A stretch of DNA of 64,000 nt, from the NCBI GenBank assembly GCA_965240325.2, contig OZ251234.1:310001-374000 (forward strand), written 5' to 3'. Under the pieces are notes generated by a model. That model did no database searches, had not been told where the DNA came from, and saw only the letters and a list, made by a program, of their open reading frames with translations. Shown piece by piece: positions 1 through 13,300 of the stretch. Source of the DNA: Rebecca billardiae RCC1528 (lineage: Eukaryota; Protista; Haptophyta). The stretch's first letter is position 1, and the number at the start of each line of letters is the position of its first letter. The translations under genes were made by a program, and so were the position numbers.

Positions 1-3000
1 GGCGGTGGTGGGCTCGGCGGCGGTGATGGAGGTGGGCTCGGTGGCGGGCTCGGTGGTGGGCTCGGCGGCGGAGGGCTCGGCGGTGGGCTCGGCGGCACGC
101 TCGGTGGCGGCGACGGCGGTGGGCTCGGCGGCGGGCTCGGTATAGGTGACGGCGGCGGCGATGGTGGTGGGCTCGGCGGTGGTGGGCTCGGCGGCGGCGA
201 TGGCGGCGGCGATGGTGGCGGCTTCGGCGGTGGTGATGGCGGTGGTGGGCTCGGCGGCGGTGGTGGAGGTGGGCTCGGTGGAGGGCTCGGCGGTGGGCTC
301 GGTGGCGGAGGGCTCGGCGGTGGGCTCGGTGGCACGCTCGGTGGAGGCGACGGCGGTGGGCTCGGCGGCGGGCTCGGTATAGGTGACGGCGGTGGCGATG
401 GTGGTGGGCTCGGCGGTGGTGGGCTCGGCGGCGGCGATGGCGGCGGCGATGGTGGCGGCTTCGGCGGTGGTGATGGCGGTGGTGGGCTCGGCGGCGGTGA
501 TGGAGGTGGGCTCGGTGGCGGGCTCGGTGGTGGGCTCGGCGGCGGAGGGCTCGGCGGTGGGCTCGGCGGCACGCTCGGTGGCGGCGACGGCGGTGGGCTC
601 GGCGGCGGGCTCGGTATAGGTGACGGCGGCGGCGACGGTGGTGGGCTCGGCGGCGGGCTCGGAACAGGTGACGGCGGCGGCGATGGTGGTGGGCTCGGCG
701 GTGGTGAGCTCGGCGGCGACGATGGCGGCGGCGATGGTGGCGGCTTCGGCGGCGGTGACGGCGGCGGCGGGCTCGGCGGCGGTGGTGGAGGTGGGCTCGG
801 TGGAGGGCTCGGCGGTGGGCTCGGTGGCGGAGGGCTCGGCGGTGGGCTCGGTGGCACGCTCGGTGGAGGCGACGGCGGTGGGCTCGGCGGCGAGCTCGGT
901 ATAGGTGACGGCGGTGGCGATGGTGGTGGGCTCGGCGGTGGTGGGCTCGGCGGCGGCGATGGCGGCGGCTTCGGCGGCGGTGACGGCGGCGGCGGGCTCG
1001 GCGGCGGTGGTGGAGGTGGGCTCGGTGGAGGGCTCTGCGGTGGGCTCGGTGGCGGAGGGCTCGGCGGTGGGCTCGGTGGCACGCTCGGTGGAGGCGACGG
1101 CGGTGGGCTCGGCGGCGAGCTCGGTATAGGTGACGGCGGTGGCGATGGTGGTGGGCTCGGCGGTGGTGGGCTCGGCGGCGGCGATGGCGGCGGCTTCGGC
1201 GGCGGTGACGGCGGCGGCGGGCTCGGCGGCGGTGGTGGAGGTGGGCTCGGTGGAGGGCTCGGCGGTGGGCTCGGTGGCGGAGGGCTCGGCGGTGGGCTCG
1301 GTGGCACGCTCGGTGGAGGCGACGGCGGTGGGCTCGGCGGCGGGCTCGGTATAGGTGACGGCGGTGGCGATGGTGGTGGGCTCGGCGGTGGTGGGCTCGG
1401 CGGCGGCGATGGCGGCGGCGATGGTGGCGGCTTCGGCGGTGGTGATGGCGGTGGTGGGCTCGGCGGCGGTGATGGAGGTGGGCTCGGTGGCGGGCTCGGT
1501 GGAGGGCTCGGCGGCGGAGGGCTCGGCGGTGGGCTCGGCGGCACGCTCGGTGGCGGCGACGGCGGTGGGCTCGGCGGCGGGCTCGGTATAGGTGACGGCG
1601 GCGGCGATGGTGGTGGGCTCGGCGGTGGTGGGCTCGGCGGCGGCGATGGCGGCGGCGATGGCGGCGGCTTCGGCGGCGGTGACGGCGGCGGCGGGCTCGG
1701 CGGCGGTGATGGAGGTGGGCTCGGTGGCGGGCTCGGTGGTGGGCTTGGCGGCGGAGGGCTCGGCGGTGGGCTCGGCGGCACGCTCGGTGGCGGCGACGGC
1801 GGTGGGCTCGGCGGCGGGCTCGGTATAGGTGACGGCGGCGGCGACGGTGGTGGGCTCGGCGGCGGGCTCGGAACAGGTGACGGCGGCGGCGATGGTGGTG
1901 GGCTCGGCGGTGGTGAGCTCGGCGGCGACGATGGCGGCGGCGATGGTGGCGGCTTCGGCGGCGGTGACGGCGGCGGCGGGCTCGGCGGCGGTGGTGGAGG
2001 TGGGCTCGGTGGAGGGCTCGGCGGTGGGCTCGGTGGCGGAGGGCTCGGCGGTGGGCTCGGTGGCACGCTCGGTGGAGGCGACGGCGGTGGGCTCGGCGGC
2101 GGGCTCGGTATAGGTGACGGCGGTGGCGATGGTGGTGGGCTCGGCGGTGGTGGGCTCGGCGGCGGCGATGGCGGCGGCGATGGTGGCGGCTTCGGCGGTG
2201 GTGATGGCGGTGGTGGGCTCGGCGGCGGTGATGGAGGTGGGCTCGGTGGCGGGCTCGGTGGTGGGCTCGGCGGCGGAGGGCTCGGCGGTGGGCTCGGCGG
2301 CACGCTCGGTGGCGGCGACGGCGGTGGGCTCGGCGGCGGGCTCGGTATAGGTGACGGCGGCGGCGATGGTGGTGGGCTCGGCGGTGGTGGGCTCGGCGGC
2401 GGCGATGGCGGCGGCGATGGTGGCGGCTTCGGCGGTGGTGATGGCGGTGGTGGGCTCGGCGGCGGTGATGGAGGTGGGCTCGGTGGCGGGCTCGGTGGTG
2501 GGCTTGGCGGCGGAGGGCTCGGCGGTGGGCTCGGCGGCACGCTCGGTGGCGGCGACGGCGGTGGGCTCGGCGGCGGGCTCGGTATAGGTGACGGCGGCGG
2601 CGATGGTGGTGGGCTCGGCGGCGGGCGCGGCCTGGGTGACGGCGGCGGCGATGGTGGTGGGCTCGGCGGTGGTGGGCTCGGCGGTGGCGACGGTGGCGGC
2701 GATGGTGGCGGGCGGGGCGGTGCTGACGGCGGAGGTGGGCTCGGCGTCGGTGATGGAGGCGGGCTCGGTGGCGGGCTCGGCGGTGGGCTTGGCGGCGGAG
2801 GGCTCGGCGGTGGGCTCGGCGGCACGCTCGGTGGCGGCGACGGCGGTGGGTTCGGCGGCGGGCTCGGACTGGGTGACGGCGGCGGCGATGGTGGTGGGCT
2901 CGGCGGCGGTGGGCTCGGCGGCGGCGATGGCGGCGGCGATGGTGGCGGCTTCGGCGGTGGTGACGGCGGTGGTGGGCTCGGCGGCGGTGATGGAGGCCGG

Positions 3001-3290
3001 CTCGGTGGCGGGCTCGGTGGTGGGCTCGGCGGCGGAGGGATCGGCGGTGGAAGCGGTGGCACGCTCGGTGGCGGCGACGGCGGTGGGTTTGGCGGCTGGC
3101 CCGGAAGGGGCGACGGCGGCGGCGACGGTGGTGGGCTCGGCGGCGGCGGGCTCGGAGGTGGGCTCGGTGGCACGCTCGGTGGTGGCGATGGCGGAGGGCT
3201 CGGCGGCGGGCTCGGAAGGGGCGACGGCGGCGGCGATGGTGGCGGGAAGGGTGGAGCGCTCGGCGGCAGGCTGGGTGGGGGCTTCGGCGC
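1..3290 (-). repeat. Coding higher-order tandem repeat (225/237/285-bp units) encoding PPSPIPSPPP-type extensin sequence
   Basis: Marker ggtataggtgac recurs with spacings 237,237,285,225,225,237,237,285,237,237, all multiples of 3. Confidence 0.95.
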
Positions 3291-6200
3291 GGTCTCGCGG
3301 ATCCACACGTCCGCGCCATCGTGCAGCTGGAACGATTCCACGAAGAGGGCGCCGTTGAAGCCCCACTCGCCGTACACGAGCTGCCGCGCACTCACCGCGA
3401 TGCTGTGGTCGGTCGTGGACACCCACGGGTCCTCCAGCGAGGCGGGTCGATAGTAGGAGCGCACGTACGACACGTTGTCCGGCGACTCGGAGGAGGCGAC
3501 CACCTCCGAGAGCTCGTTCACCCGCGGCACGAGCAGCACGTCCTTCGAGATGATCGCCCAGTTCGCGTGGTCGCCAGAGGCGAAGAGATACATGTCCCAC
3601 GAGAGGTGGTCGAAGCGCACGCTGAACGCGCCGTCGTCCGTGAACATCGTGTCGACGCTCGGGTTCTTGGCTGTCTCGTTGTACTCGGCGGTGCCCAGCA
3701 CGTTGTCCGTCGCCTGGTGCCAGCCGACGGACGTGGCAGGGATGTGCCGGACGAGCGTCCATGGGCCGTACGCTGCGGCGCCCGCGGGCACCGTGATCTG
3801 CGGTGGCGGCGGGGGCGGCGGCGCGGGTGCCTCGCGGATCCACACGTCCGCGCCGTCGTGCAGCTGGAACGATTCCACGAAGAGGGCGCCGTTGAAGCCC
3901 CACTCGCCGTACACGAGCTGCCGCGCACTCACCGCGATGCTGTGGTCGGTCGTGGACACCCACGGGTCCTCCAGCGTGCCGGGTCGATAGTAGGAGCGCA
4001 CGTACGACACGTTGTCCGGCGACTCGGAGGAGGCGACCACCTCCGAGAGCTCGTTCACCCGCGGCACGAGCAGCACGTCCTTCGAGATGATCGCCCAGTT
4101 CGCGTGGTCGCCAGAGGCGAAGAGATACATGTCCCACGAGAGGTGGTCGAAGCGCACGCTGAACGCGCCGTCGTCCGTGAACATCGTGTCGACGCTCGGG
4201 TTCTTGGCCGTCTCGTTGTACTCGGCGGTGCCCAGCACGTTGTCAGTCGCCTGGTGCCAGCCGACGGACGTGGCAGGGATGTGCCGGACGAGCGTCCACG
4301 GGCCGTACGCTGCCGCGCCGGCGGGCACCGTGATCTGCGTCGGTGGTGGCGGTGGGCTGGGCGGCGGGCTGGGCGGCGGGCTGGGCGGCGGCCTGGGCGG
4401 GCTCGGCGGCGGCGTGAGCTCGATCGGAGGCAGCGCATCGCCCATCGAGCCTGGCAGCCCTCCAATGTCTGCCGTGCTGCCCTGCCCAAGGACGCCGTGC
4501 GTGCCGTTCCCCCAGCTGCGCGCGGCGTGGCAGGCAGGCAGGCAGGGATGGGGCGGTGGCGCAGGGAGGCGCGGCCGAGGCATTCAGCGGCGCGCCTCGC
4601 GCGGCAGTGAGCCGCCCGCCACCACGGGCGCGGTGCGGCGCCGGCGCGTGGCGCGCACCATTTCACATCGCCGTTGTCGAGTGCCGCGCACGAAAACAGG
4701 TCCGTGGCACTCACGCTGCTCGCGGTGCGGCTCGCGCCGAGAGCGATGGGCGGGAGCGAGTTGCCCATCTCGCCGGGGCTGGCGCCGCGCCCGCTCGTGT
4801 CCTCCTGACCAAGCTGCCCGTGAGAGTCGCCACCCCAGCTGCCGGCGGCCCGGGCACGCAGCGGGCCGGGGCGCGCGCGCAGCGCGGGTTCAGCGCCGCG
4901 CCGCGCGCGCGCGTGCACGCGCCGAGAATGCCACGCGCGTGCGAGCCGCGCTTGCGCGCGCGCGCGCGCGCGCGTACCATTTGATCACGCCGCTGTTGAG
5001 CCGCGCGCATGTGCTGCGGCTGGCGGCGACAAGCTCGAGGGTGGCCACACCCGTACCGAGCGCGATCAGCGGCAGGGAGTCCCCCAGAGGCGCACTCGCG
5101 CCGCGGGCGACGGTGTCGCCGTAGCCCAACTGGCCGTTGTCGTTTCGCCCCCTGCGCGCGCGATGGGATGCGGGCCGCGTGGTGGCGCGCTCCTGGGCGG
5201 GCGCAGACGCGAGACGCCCAGCCCAGGGCCAGCCGCGCAGGCTGGCCGCAGGCGCGAAGCGACGCGCGTGCGCGCGTCGGCGTCAGCGTGCGCACACACC
5301 AGCACTTGAGCCTGCCGCCGACCACGAGGGCGCACGAGTGCTCCTCCGACACGCTCACGTCGATAATCTGCGTCGCGAGCACCGCCAGGTCGACCCAGGG
5401 CAGGCTGTCGCCCATCTCCGCAGATGAGGCGCCGCGCGTGGCCGTGTCGGCATATCCGAGCTGCCCGTTTGCGTTGGCGCCAAAGCTGCGCATGGCGCGT
5501 GACGGCGGCGGCGAGAGCGCGGCGCAGGCGCGCGTGAGCACCCCGTGCGAGTGTCTCGCGCTCCCTCCGCGCGCTAGCGCATCCACGCGCACGCCCGCCA
5601 CGTACCACTTGAGGCCCTCCAGGAGCACGACACACACGTGCTGCGAGCGCGACGACAGCTTGAGCACCGGCTGCGGTTCGACGGTGGGGTTGGGCTGCGT
5701 CAGGCCGAGGTCGACGTACGGGAGCGCGTCGCCCAGCTGCGACGGCTGCGCCCGCGCGATCGTATCACCCAGCCCGAGGCTCGCCTGCTCGTTGCCCCCG
5801 AAGCACTTGAGCCGGTTCGATTGCAGGACGATCACACAGGTGGAGACGAGACCGCAGCTCACCGTCTTGGCTGTGAGGCCCGTGCCGAGGCTGACGGCCA
5901 CCAGCGCGTCGCCCATCTCGGCGGCGTCGTCGCCCACGTGCTCTTCCGAGCCGGTGCCGATGCGTCCATCGGAGCCCTGGCCCCAGCTGCACGAACAGGC
6001 GCGCGCGCGCAAGCACGCATTTGGTCCACCGCGCAGCAGGCGGCGAGAGCGACGGCAGCAGACGGGGGCGCACGCGACGCGGGAGGCGTGTCGGGGGCGA
6101 GGCGCGAGGTCAGAGGCGATGCGAGATGGCAGACATCCTCCCATCCACCCAGCCCCTCGGTGTGCGCGAGCCTCGCACCAGACGAGCGAGTTGTCCGACA

Positions 6201-6612
6201 GGATGGCACACGAATGATAGCCCCCAACAGAGATCTCTGTGGCCGTGCGCGAGCTCCCAAAGTCGAGGTACGGCAGCGCCGAGCCGAGCTCATCGGGACT
6301 GTCGCCACGCGCGGACGTATCTCCCGTGCCAAGCTGCCCCCATGCCGCGTCACCCCAGCACTTCACGCGCCCCAGGTCTGTGCGCGCGCACACAAAGCGG
6401 ATGCCGGTGTGCACCGCCGACCAGGACGCGGCGCTTGCACCCACCGGGCCGATCGGGGAAGAGCTGACCGGTGCGCGCCGGATGAGGCCGAACCGAGCGA
6501 GCAGAGACCAGGGCGAGTGCTCTGTGCGCATCGCCGCCAGCACGACGATCGTCGTGAGGACTCGCCGTGCCGGCGAGCGCGGGTAGGAGGCTGTCCTGCT
6601 TGCTCTCGCCAT
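1..6612 (-). CDS. Surface protein: 7 RCC1/BLIP-II-like repeats + two copies of an unassigned ~170-aa domain + >1000-aa Ser-Pro (extensin-like) region; 3' end outside window. Predicted introns 5987-6178, 5486-5605, 5152-5299, 4839-4977, 4516-4658
   Basis: Spliced translation gives seven C-[WF]-G-x4-GQLG-like motifs (VKCWGDAAWGQLG, LKCFGANANGQLG, IKCWGGDSHGQLG etc.). All five introns are GT-AG and restore the frame. The last exon from 4515 stays in the PPSPPP frame to position 1. Weakly hydrophobic N-terminus (VLTTIVVLAAM). Confidence 0.85.
3295..4337 (-). repeat. Near-identical tandem duplication (period 537 bp) of a globular coding domain
   Basis: gtgcagctggaacgattccacgaagagg at 3321 and 3858; ccgtgatctg ends at 3800 and 4337. 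Confidence 0.95.
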
Positions 6613-7381
6613 GGCGCCCTCGTGATCTACGGCTGTCCAAGGTGGAGCACCTACCCGGCTCACCCCGGCCCACACCCGCGCGACAAGCTCATCACGCACC
6701 CTTCATTATTCAACCTCCGTAGCAATCAAGCGTCAATCATTCGGCTCGATCTTAAAGCATCAGCCAATTTAATAATGAGTCGACAGCGGCCGGCGCTATC
6801 GCTCGAGCTGGAGTTCTGACTTCCCGAAGATTCCTCTCGTTGATGACACCAAAATATGAACGACGGCGACGAAACTGACCATCTGACTTACGACGGCGGT
6901 ATACGACAGCAGTAGATAATGTCGGTTGCAGGGGCGGTACGGTAAGTAATGTGGTTCCTTCACCGCACGGCGCCACTCCGCACTCGGCTCAACACCTAAA
7001 GACGCTCAATCCAATGCAGTCACTCAACATGGACGCGGTCGCCGGCCGACTGGGCTGGTCGGTCAGAAGCTGCTGCCAGACTAAGCAGCAGGTGAGTAGT
7101 GATTACATGCTACATGCTAAGACTGTGACTGTGTCCTCGCTGCTGGAATTGTCAATCGGGTGAGAGGCCCGAGCCCGCGAGGGCGCCCGGCCGGCTGCAC
7201 TTCCTGTCTTCGCGGATTGCGCGCCGCCCGGTCGGCCAGCGGTCAGCGGACGACTCAAGACAGCGCTTGATCGGCCCGTGGCGGTGTGAGTGTGCTGGTC
7301 ATACTGTGTGCGAGTGCTGCAGCAACCTTGTTGACTGCTGTGGTGTGAACCGGAACCGCCGGGTCGCGGGGACAACGCGCA

Positions 7382-10300
7382 TCAGCGCGCGGAGTCGAAG
7401 ATGCGCTCCGCGTCCTCCGCGAACGCTCCGCCGTCGGTCGCATCGGATCGCCCCGTCATGGCGCGCGAGCCGCGGCGCGGGTTGCGCGTGCTCTCCGGCC
7501 GCGAGTCCTGGAAGATGTCCTCGTCCCCAGGGAAGGCGACGCTCTCGGCCTCGGAGCGCGCCGTGTTGGGCGCGCGGCCGCCGCGCGCCGAGTTGCGGTT
7601 GCTCTCCGGCCGCGAGTTCATGGGCGTGTCCTCGAAGATGTACTCGTCCCCAGGGAAGGCGACGCTCTCGGCCTCGGAGCGCGCCGTGTTGGGCGCACGC
7701 CCGCCGCGCGCCGAGTTGCGGTTGCTCTCCGGCCGCGAGTTCATGGGCGTGTCCTCGAAGATGTCCTCGTCCCCAGGGAAGGCGACGCTCTCGGCCTCGG
7801 AGCGCGCCGTGTTGGGCGCGCGCCCGCCGCGCGCGCTGGCGATGTGGCTCTCGGGGCGCGAGTTGAACGCGCTCGAGTCGCCGAACGCGTCGCCGATGCT
7901 GCTCTCGCCTATCGAGCGCGTCGTGCCCGGCGACCGCCGACTGCGGCCGTCGGCGCGGTGGCTCTCCGGGCGCGAATCTCGGAAGATGTCCTCGTCGCCA
8001 GGGAAGACGCTCTCCGCCTCCGAGCGCGCCGTGTTGGGCTGCCGGCGCGACGGCGCGGCGCGGCTCGAGTCGGGGGCGCCAAAGTCCTCCGGCGGGAAGC
8101 CGTAGTCCGAGCGGTCGGTCGTCTGGCCGCGGCGAGACCCGCCACGGCCGATGCCAGGGCGGGCGGAGGACGCCGGCCCAAAGTCCTCGGGCGGGAACTC
8201 GGGGTCGGCTCCGCCGGCGCCACGGCGGCGCGGCGCGGCGCGGCTCGAGTCGGCGGCGCCAAAGTCTTCTAGTGGGAAGCCGTAGTCCGAGCGGTCGGTC
8301 GACTGGCCGCGGCGCGCCCCGCCGCGGCCGACGCCAGGCCGGGCGGAGGACGCCGGCCCAAGGTCCTCGGGCGGGAACTCCGGGTCGGCACCACCGGCGC
8401 CACGTCGGCGCGGCGCAGCACGGCTCGAGTCGGCGGCGCCAAAGTCTTCTGGTGGGAAGCCGTAGTCCGAGCGGTCGGTCGACTGGCCGCGGCGGACGCC
8501 GGATGGGCCGCGGCGGGAAGCTGGGCCAAAGTCCTCTCCGGGGAACTCGGCGTCGCCACCGGCACCGCGGCGGCGCTGTTGCGCGCGAGCCGAGTCGGCA
8601 CCGCCGAAGTCCTCGGGCGGGAAGTCGTAGTCCGAGCGGTCGGTGGCCGGGCCGCGGCGCCCGGCGCCGCCGCCCTGCCGGCCCGACGCCGGGCCAAAGT
8701 CCTCTCCGGGGAACTCGGCGTCGCCGCCGCCACCGCGGCGGCGCTGCTGCGCGCGCGGAGAGTCGCCGTCGCCAAAGTCGTCGAGCGGGAAGCTGTAGTC
8801 CGAGCGGTCGGTCCCCGGGCCGCGGCGCGAGCCGCCCTGCCGGCCAGAGGCCGGGCCGAAATCTGCGCCGGGGAACTCGGCGTCGCCACCGCCACCGCGG
8901 CGGCGCTGCTGCGCACGAGCCGAGTCGGCACTGCCAAAGTCCTCCGGCGGGAAGTCGTAGTCCGAGCGGTCGGTGGCCTGGCCGCGGCGGCCTGCGGACG
9001 GGCCGCGGCCCGACGCAGGGCCAAAGTCCTCTCCGGGGAACTCGGCGTCGCCACCGGCACCGCGGCGGCGCTGCTGCGCGCGCGGAGAGTCGCCGTCGCC
9101 AAAGTCGTCGAGCGGGAAGCTGTAGTCCGAGCGGTCGGTCCCCGGGCCGCGGCGCGCGCCGCCCTGCCGGCCAGAGGCCGGGCCGAAATCTGCGCCGGGG
9201 AACTCGGCGTCGCCACCGCCACCGCGGCGGCGCTGCTGCGCACGAGCCGAGTCGGCACCGCCAAAGTCCTCCGGCGGGAAGTCGTAGTCCGAGCGGTCGG
9301 TGGCCTGGCCGCGGCGGCCTGCGGACGGGCCGCGGCCCGACGCAGGGCCAAAGTCCTCTCCGGGGAACTCGGCGTCGCCGCCGCCACCGCGGCGGCGCTG
9401 CTGCGCGCGCGGAGAGTCGCCGTCGCCAAAGTCGTCGAGCGGGAAGCTGTAGTCCGAGCGGTCGGTCCCCGGGCCGCGGCGCGCGCCGCCCTGCCGGCCA
9501 GAGGCCGGGCCGAAATCTGCGCCGGGGAACTCGGCGTCGCCACCGCCACCGCGACGGCGCTGCTGCGCACGAGCCGAGTCGGCACCGCCAAAGTCCTCGG
9601 GCGGGAAGTCGTAGTCCGAGCGGTCGGTGGCCTGGCCGCGGCGCCCGGCGCCGCCGCCCTGCCGGCCCGACGCAGGCCCGAAATCTTGTCCCGGGAACTC
9701 CGGGTCGGCGCCGCTGCCGCGCTTGGCGGCGATGCGCGCCGAGCTGGGCGCGCCAAAGTCCTCCGGCGGGAACTCGCCGTCGGTCGAGCTGCGGCGCGAG
9801 CCGGCGCTCGCGCGCTGCTTCCCCTTGCCCCCCTTCGCGCCGCTCTTCTCCGGCAGCTTGAGCGTGCCCAGCGCGCCCAGCTGGATGGGCGGCATCGGCG
9901 GCGCGGGCGAGCGGCTCTGCTCGGCGCGCCGGCGGTACGTGTCGGCGAAGACCTGCTCGAGCTCGGACGCGGACGCGCGCGAGGTGACCGGCCGCGTGGC
10001 GGAGAGGCGGCGCTGCGGCCGGTTCGCGCGGCTCGCGCGGTTCGAGCGCGAGGTGCGCTTGCTCTCGCGCCGCGGCGTCGGGTTGGGCTGCTCGTCCTCC
10101 ATCGTGCGCGGCGTGAAGCGCTCGCCCGGCTGGATCACGTCGCGCACCCACTGCCGGTCGCCCGCGACGGGCTTGGCGCCGGTGGCCGTGCGCTGCCGCT
10201 CGAGCAGGTACGTCACGATCGCCGAGTGCGCCGCGCGCTTCTGCTTGCGGCTGCCCTTGGCGGGGATGAGCGCCCAGAGCAGCGGCACGAGGGCGATCAG

Positions 10301-13300
10301 GATGAGCAGCGCGGCGAACCACGCGGCGTTCTCCGCGACCGCGGCCGGCGGCTCGGTGCCGAAGCACACGTCGCGGCGCGGCGACGTGTTGGTCGCGCCG
10401 ACGGCGAGGATGGCGAGGATGTACAGGATGCACAGGCAGATGTTGGCGCACTGCGCCGCGCGGTAGTCGACAAGGTCCTTGTACGGCTGCGCGGTCGCGA
10501 GCAGCAGCGCGTAGAAGAAGGCGATGATCAGCGCGGCGACGAGCTGCATGATCGAGCCCTGATCGAAGAGGACGATCAGCGCGATCAGCAGCAGCTTGCG
10601 CGCCATGTCCACGAACTCCCACCACCACATGTTCGGGCGGAACGCGGCGAAGATGAAGCCGAACGCGCGCAGGTTGTGCCGCGCGCGCAGCCGCGACGAG
10701 CGCGACGGCTCGAGCCCGCCCGTCTGCGCGGCGTCGGCGTAGGCCTCCGCGCGCTTGCCGCCGGTGCGCAGCACGGTCGCGCCGACGTTGTCGAGCACGG
10801 GCCGCGAGCGGTGCTGCGTCGTGTGGATCGCCGCCGCCATGAAGTTGTCGTTGTTGATCGCGCCCGACTTGACGCCCTCGGCGATCAGGTTGCGCACAAA
10901 CTCCTCGTCCGACTCCCACGGCAGCGCGGGCCAGCGCTGCGCGTGCAGCAGCGTGCCGAGGAAGAAGAGCGGCACGCCCACCATGTACAGAAGCCCGAAG
11001 CCCGCGCCCAGCGCCGCGTAGATGCGCCAGTGCTCCGTGCCGCACTCCCAGAAGAGCTCGGCGGTGAGGAAGTCGGCGCGGCCGAGGTGCGTGCACGGGT
11101 AGAGCTCGACCACCGAGTACGCCATGATCGGGAACGCGACGAAGCCGGCGAAGAGGCGCGCCTTGAAGAGCGAGCGGTCCCACGTGATCGACGCGCCGTC
11201 GCACTTGCAGCAGCGGAAGCCGCGCAGCGACGCGGCGAACATCACCACGCACACCGCCGCCTTGAGCGCGAAGCGCAGGTAGATCGAGTCGTCGACGAGG
11301 CACGAGAACGACCACCAGCGGAAGTCGAGCATCAGGAAGCGCCAGAAGTTGACGAAGTAGCGGAAGGGCGTGGGCCACGGCACGCGGAACGCGTAGTCGA
11401 GCGTGCACATGATCTGCAGGTACGAGAGCACGATCTTGAAGCGCTCGTCCGCGGTGAAGCGCATGAAGCGCAGCGCGCGCGCCCAGACCGAGTTCTCGCC
11501 GTACAGCCCGAGCCGCGCAGTCGAGGGCTGCGCGCCCTGCTTCGCCGTCACGTTCGCCGTGGTCTCGCGCGGCGTGCCGAAGCGCGCGGTGAAGCCGCCG
11601 TAGTCGCGCGTCGTGCTCATCCCGTCGCCGCGCGCCGTCTCGCCGCCGCCCGCCGAGCGCGCGGTCGAGCTCGCGCGCGGGGTGAAGGGGAGCGAGAGGC
11701 GCGGCACGCGGCTGCGCGCGCTCGACTGGCGCGAGGACGGCTCGCCGTCGCGCGACTCCTCCACGTTGGCGCGCGTCACGCGGCGCAGCGCGGCGATGTC
11801 CGCGCGCCGGTTGCAGAACCAGCCGCACAGCCGCACCCAGCCGAGCAGCACGAGCGTGACGAACGCGACGATCAGCACGAAGACGAGCAGCGGGATCTCG
11901 AACTGCCACGGCTCGCACGCGAAGCAGTCGCCGAGCAGCGTGCGCTGGTGCCGCGGCGGGCACACGTCGCACAGGTGGCCCGTGCGCCCGCCGCAGCACA
12001 CCGACTCGAGCCCGCCGCCGCAGTACTCGGGCTCAAAGCACTCGTAGAAGGTGACGGCCGAGAGGCGCGGCTCGTCCTCGTCGTCCACCCAGCGCGAGCT
12101 GATCGGCCACGCCCACTGGCCGCGCTCGGCGCCGCGGAAGAGGCCCGACGTGCAGTTGCCGAACACGCCCTCCTCCGAGCCGCACGGCCAGCAGCGCGCC
12201 GCGCGGTCGAAGGAGAAGGAGTCCTCGGCGCAGCGCTGCCGGCAGTGCCCCGCGCCCTCCTCCTCCTGGTAGAAGCCCGCGACGCAGTCGGTGCACGCCG
12301 TCGCGCCCTTGTGCGACGCGTACGTGCCCTCGTCGCACGGCTCGCAGCCGTGGTTGCCGCGGTCGCGCTTGTACGTGCCCACGCCGCACCGCTCGCACTT
12401 GACCTCCGCGGCGTTGTACTTCCAGCCGGGCGGGCAGAGGCACTGCCCGCCCACGATCTCGAAGCCGAAGAAGTCGCACGTGCAGCCCGTCGCCGCGTTG
12501 CCCACGTCCGCCATCGCCGAGAGGTTGGCGCTGAGCAGCTCGGAGCAGGAGCGGCACTCGACGTTGCCGTGCTCGGGCTTGAACGTGCCCTCGGGGCACA
12601 CGTCGCACGCGCGGTTGACGTCGTCGTACTGCGTGCCCGGCGGGCACTCGCACCGCGCGCTCGCGCCCGAGCCGCGCAGGTCGAACGAGATGTGCGAGCA
12701 CACGCACTGCTCGACGCTCGTCGCGCCGGTCAAGACGGTGGTGAGGTGCTCGTCCGTGTCCGCGCACGCCGCGCACGCGTCGCGGCTCACGACCGCCTTG
12801 TAGAAGCCCTCGGCGCACGGGCAGCACGTGCGGCTCACCGCGTCGTACCCCGTGCCCGCCGGGCAGAGGCACGTCGGGAAGCCCGCGGCGCTCGTCGCGA
12901 GCACGAACGAGTCGTGCCAGCAGACGCAGTCGTCGACGGACGCGGCGCCGCCGGGCGCGGAGGTGAGGTGCGGGTCGATGTCGGCGCACTGGTCGATCAC
13001 GTTGCCCTCGGGCCCCGTCGTCCTGGGCAGCGTGCCCTCCTGCTTGAGCGTGCACCCGTCCTCGACGCGCTCGTACAGCTCGGCGCACTGGCAGTACCGG
13101 CCCCAGCCGTCGCCCTCGGTGGTGACGGTCACCTCGCCGCGCCGCCGGCTCGTCTCCTCGCAGAAGCAGTCGTTGGGCGAGGCGGAGGCGGTGCGCGCGG
13201 TGATGAGGAAGCTGTCGAGCTCCTTGCACCAGTGGCACGGCGAGAGCGACGTGCCGTTGCGGAAGTAGTTGAGCCGGCACTCGGTGCACGTGCCGCTCGC

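Noticed and set aside
146-3358. Array of 74-94 aa Ala/Val/Gly/Ser ORFs on the + strand resembling tandem small peptide genes
   Set aside because: They are antisense shadows of the minus-strand Pro-Ser repeat; each stop is the same tag within the repeat unit.
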